The notes below the pieces were generated by a model. The model made no database searches. It had not been told where the DNA came from and saw only the letters and a list, made by a program, of their open reading frames with translations. From a virus (taxonomy: Duplodnaviria; Caudoviricetes), in IMG/VR virus record IMGVR_UViG_3300042868_001142, positions 1 to 53,613 of that record: a stretch of 53,613 bases of DNA; one strand, 5' to 3'. This document shows positions 51,607 through 53,613 of this stretch, in pieces (position 1 is the first letter of the stretch; every line of letters begins with the position of its first letter). A program made the position numbers and the translations under genes.

Positions 51607-52284
51607 ATGGCCTCACTCTCTCCGCCGCCAAAGCTACAGTTTTTCGGGACTGATGGGTTGCCTCTTGTCGGTGGCAAGCTGTTCACCTACGCGGCGGGCA
51701 CGACCACGCCGATCGCCACGTACACGGACCATACCGGCAGCAGCCTAAACACCAACCCGATCATCTTGGACTCGGCCGGGCAGGCCAACGTGTGGCTGAC
51801 CGACACCACCACGTACAAGTACACCCTGACCACGCCCACCAACGTGCCTCTGTTCACGGTCGATTACGTGTCGGTGCCCTTGACGACCAACTCGTTCGCC
51901 TCGCCCCCGGCTATCGGCAGCAGCGTTCCCAACGAAGGCACGTTCACCAACCTGAACGTCGTGGACCTGATGACCCTTGAGGGCACGGGCGCTGCGATCA
52001 TCAACGTCGGCACCACGGGCGAGCGGCCAGCAAGCCCCGAGGAGGGTATGGTTCGCTACAATAGCACCACGACCAAGTTCGAGGGCTACAACGGCGCGTG
52101 GGGCGCTCTGGGCGGCGGTGCGACGGGCGGCGGCTCCGACACGGTGTTCTTCGAGAACAGCTTGACCGTGACGCAGAACTACACCATCCCCGCTGACAAG
52201 AACGCCGGCACCTTCGGCCCCATCTCGGTTGCTGACAGCATCACCGTGACCGTGCCGTCCACCAGTGTATGGTCAATAGTTTGA
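51607..52284 (+). CDS. Tail fibre base/adaptor (head-binding N-terminal domain plus hinge)
   Basis: G.PL.GGKL.TY.AGTTTP, NPIILDSAG, RP....G..RYN.T..FEGY, C-terminal FEN...GPISV domain. Confidence 0.7.
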   Translation: MASLSPPPKLQFFGTDGLPLVGGKLFTYAAGTTTPIATYTDHTGSSLNTNPIILDSAGQANVWLTDTTTYKYTLTTPTNVPLFTVDYVSVPLTTNSFASPPAIGSSVPNEGTFTNLNVVDLMTLEGTGAAIINVGTTGERPASPEEGMVRYNSTTTKFEGYNGAWGALGGGATGGGSDTVFFENSLTVTQNYTIPADKNAGTFGPISVADSITVTVPSTSVWSIV

Positions 52285-52297
52285 TTTAGGAGCCGTC

Positions 52298-52894
52298 ATG
52301 GGTGTTAAATTAGTTTCGGCAAGCGGCGGCTCGGTTGAGATCAACCCGCCCGCCACCGCGAGCAGCTTCACGGCCACGATGCCCGCCGGCACTGGCAACG
52401 TGGTGGTCGCCGGCATCAACAGCGCGATTGTCTCGGGCACCGCTCAGGCATCGACGTCTGGTACGTCGATTGATTTTACCGGCATCCCGTCGTGGGTGCG
52501 GCGGGTCACGGTGATGTTCAACGGGGTGAGCACGAACGGGACTAGTTCAATTCAACTTCAAATTGGCACTAGTTCTGGGGTTGTCTCTACTGGATATCTT
52601 TCACATTCTGGTTTCATACAATCAAGCGCAGTTGGCTCAAGCGTAGCTACAACTGGCTATGTAATTGTTAATGCAGTTGCAAGCGACGTGCTTTACGGCC
52701 CATTTGTTATCACAACAACCGGGTCAAATGTATGGAACGCTTCAGGCTCATTTTTTAGAGACGCCAGCACTGACTACAGCATTATCTCCACGGGGACAAT
52801 CACCCTCGGTGGCACCCTCGACCGCGTCCGCATCACAACCGTCAACGGCACTGACGCCTTCGACGCTGGCTCCATCAACATTTTGTACGAGTAA
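52298..52894 (+). CDS. Tail fibre / receptor-binding module
   Basis: STSGTSIDFTGIPSWV.R.TV...LDRVRITT.NGTD.FDAGSINILYE. Confidence 0.6.
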   Translation: MGVKLVSASGGSVEINPPATASSFTATMPAGTGNVVVAGINSAIVSGTAQASTSGTSIDFTGIPSWVRRVTVMFNGVSTNGTSSIQLQIGTSSGVVSTGYLSHSGFIQSSAVGSSVATTGYVIVNAVASDVLYGPFVITTTGSNVWNASGSFFRDASTDYSIISTGTITLGGTLDRVRITTVNGTDAFDAGSINILYE

Positions 52895-52899
52895 ACACC

Positions 52900-53565
52900 A
52901 TGCCAACAAAAATCGATGGAAACAACGGTGTCTTGCAGTCGTATGACTTCCAAGTCCTGACAACGGGCTTCTCGTACACCTTCGCCTCGGGCACCACGAC
53001 CCTGATCGCGGTGCCCGCCGGCACGCTGGCGACGGGCACGATCACGATGCCAGGCTCGCCGGCTGACGGCATGGTGATTACCATCACCACCACGCAGCAG
53101 ATCACGGCGCTCACGATTGCCGGCAACACAGGCCAGTCGATCGGCGGCACCCAGGTGTCGCTGATGGCCGCCAACAGCGCCATGAGCTTTGTGTACCGCC
53201 TGTCCGACACAACATGGTACCGCAACAGCGCCCCGGCGCTGGGCAACATCGGCACCGCGCCCGTGTACGCCGCCCGCGCTTGGGTGAACTTCAACGGCAC
53301 GGGCACCGTGGCGATCCGCGCCTCGGGCAACGTGACTTCGATTACCGACAACGGCACGGGCGACTACACCATCAACTTCACGACGGCGATGCCGGATGCA
53401 GATTACGCAATCACTGTTGGGGCGATAAACAATGCAACAAATACAAATACAGCCAACAACATCAATCAAGGGTCATCGCCAACAACAACCTCATTCAGAA
53501 TACAACACGTTGAAAATAGCTCTCCGGCTGATACTACCTATATCAATTGCTCAGTATTCCGTTAA
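52900..53565 (+). CDS. Tail fibre / receptor-binding module
   Basis: ARAWVNFNG...NV.SITD.GTGDY..NF...M.DA.Y. Confidence 0.6.
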   Translation: MPTKIDGNNGVLQSYDFQVLTTGFSYTFASGTTTLIAVPAGTLATGTITMPGSPADGMVITITTTQQITALTIAGNTGQSIGGTQVSLMAANSAMSFVYRLSDTTWYRNSAPALGNIGTAPVYAARAWVNFNGTGTVAIRASGNVTSITDNGTGDYTINFTTAMPDADYAITVGAINNATNTNTANNINQGSSPTTTSFRIQHVENSSPADTTYINCSVFR

Positions 53566-53574
53566 GGACTAATC

Positions 53575-53613
53575 ATGCCAATCACGATAGACGGTAACGG
53601 GATCATCACAGGC
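53575..53613 (+). CDS. Start of a further tail module (truncated by the window edge)
   Basis: SD AAGGA; MPITIDGNGIITG resembles the MPTKIDGNNG start of the previous gene. Confidence 0.45.
   Translation, partial: MPITIDGNGIITG

Noticed and set aside
52298-53565. Diversity-generating retroelement target
   Set aside because: No reverse transcriptase and no TR/VR pair seen in the window

Overview
The whole window is tailed-phage (Caudoviricetes, podovirus-like) DNA; I see no host genes, integrase, repressor, lysis cassette, tRNA or CRISPR array. It carries two unrelated virion-morphogenesis modules pointing away from each other. Module L (minus strand, ~21.6 kb to base 1) has TerS, TerL, a 1.6-kaa polyvalent protein, portal, GroES-like co-chaperonin, scaffold, a Bbp17/Mu-gpT-like capsid protein, small basic proteins, an adaptor, a GIY-YIG endonuclease and a tail fibre. 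Module R (plus strand, 33.6 kb to the end) has TerS, TerL, a P22-like portal, scaffold, coat, gp4/gp10-like proteins, three ejection proteins and tail/RBP genes. Between them lie one replication module (Cas4-like nuclease, SSB, PolA, RepB primase-SF3 helicase), two leftward small-gene operons and a repeat/G-tract region before TerS-R. Best leads: (1) two virion kits around one replicon with no visible seam (hybrid or assembly chimera, unresolved); (2) a hydrophobic-[AK]-x-GG linker marking domain boundaries in four module-L proteins; (3) two +1-frame overprinted ORFs with their own SD sites inside the Cas4-like and polA genes; (4) a c4/CI-like structured RNA after terL-L. Family names come from motif recognition, not database searches, and counts were done by hand.
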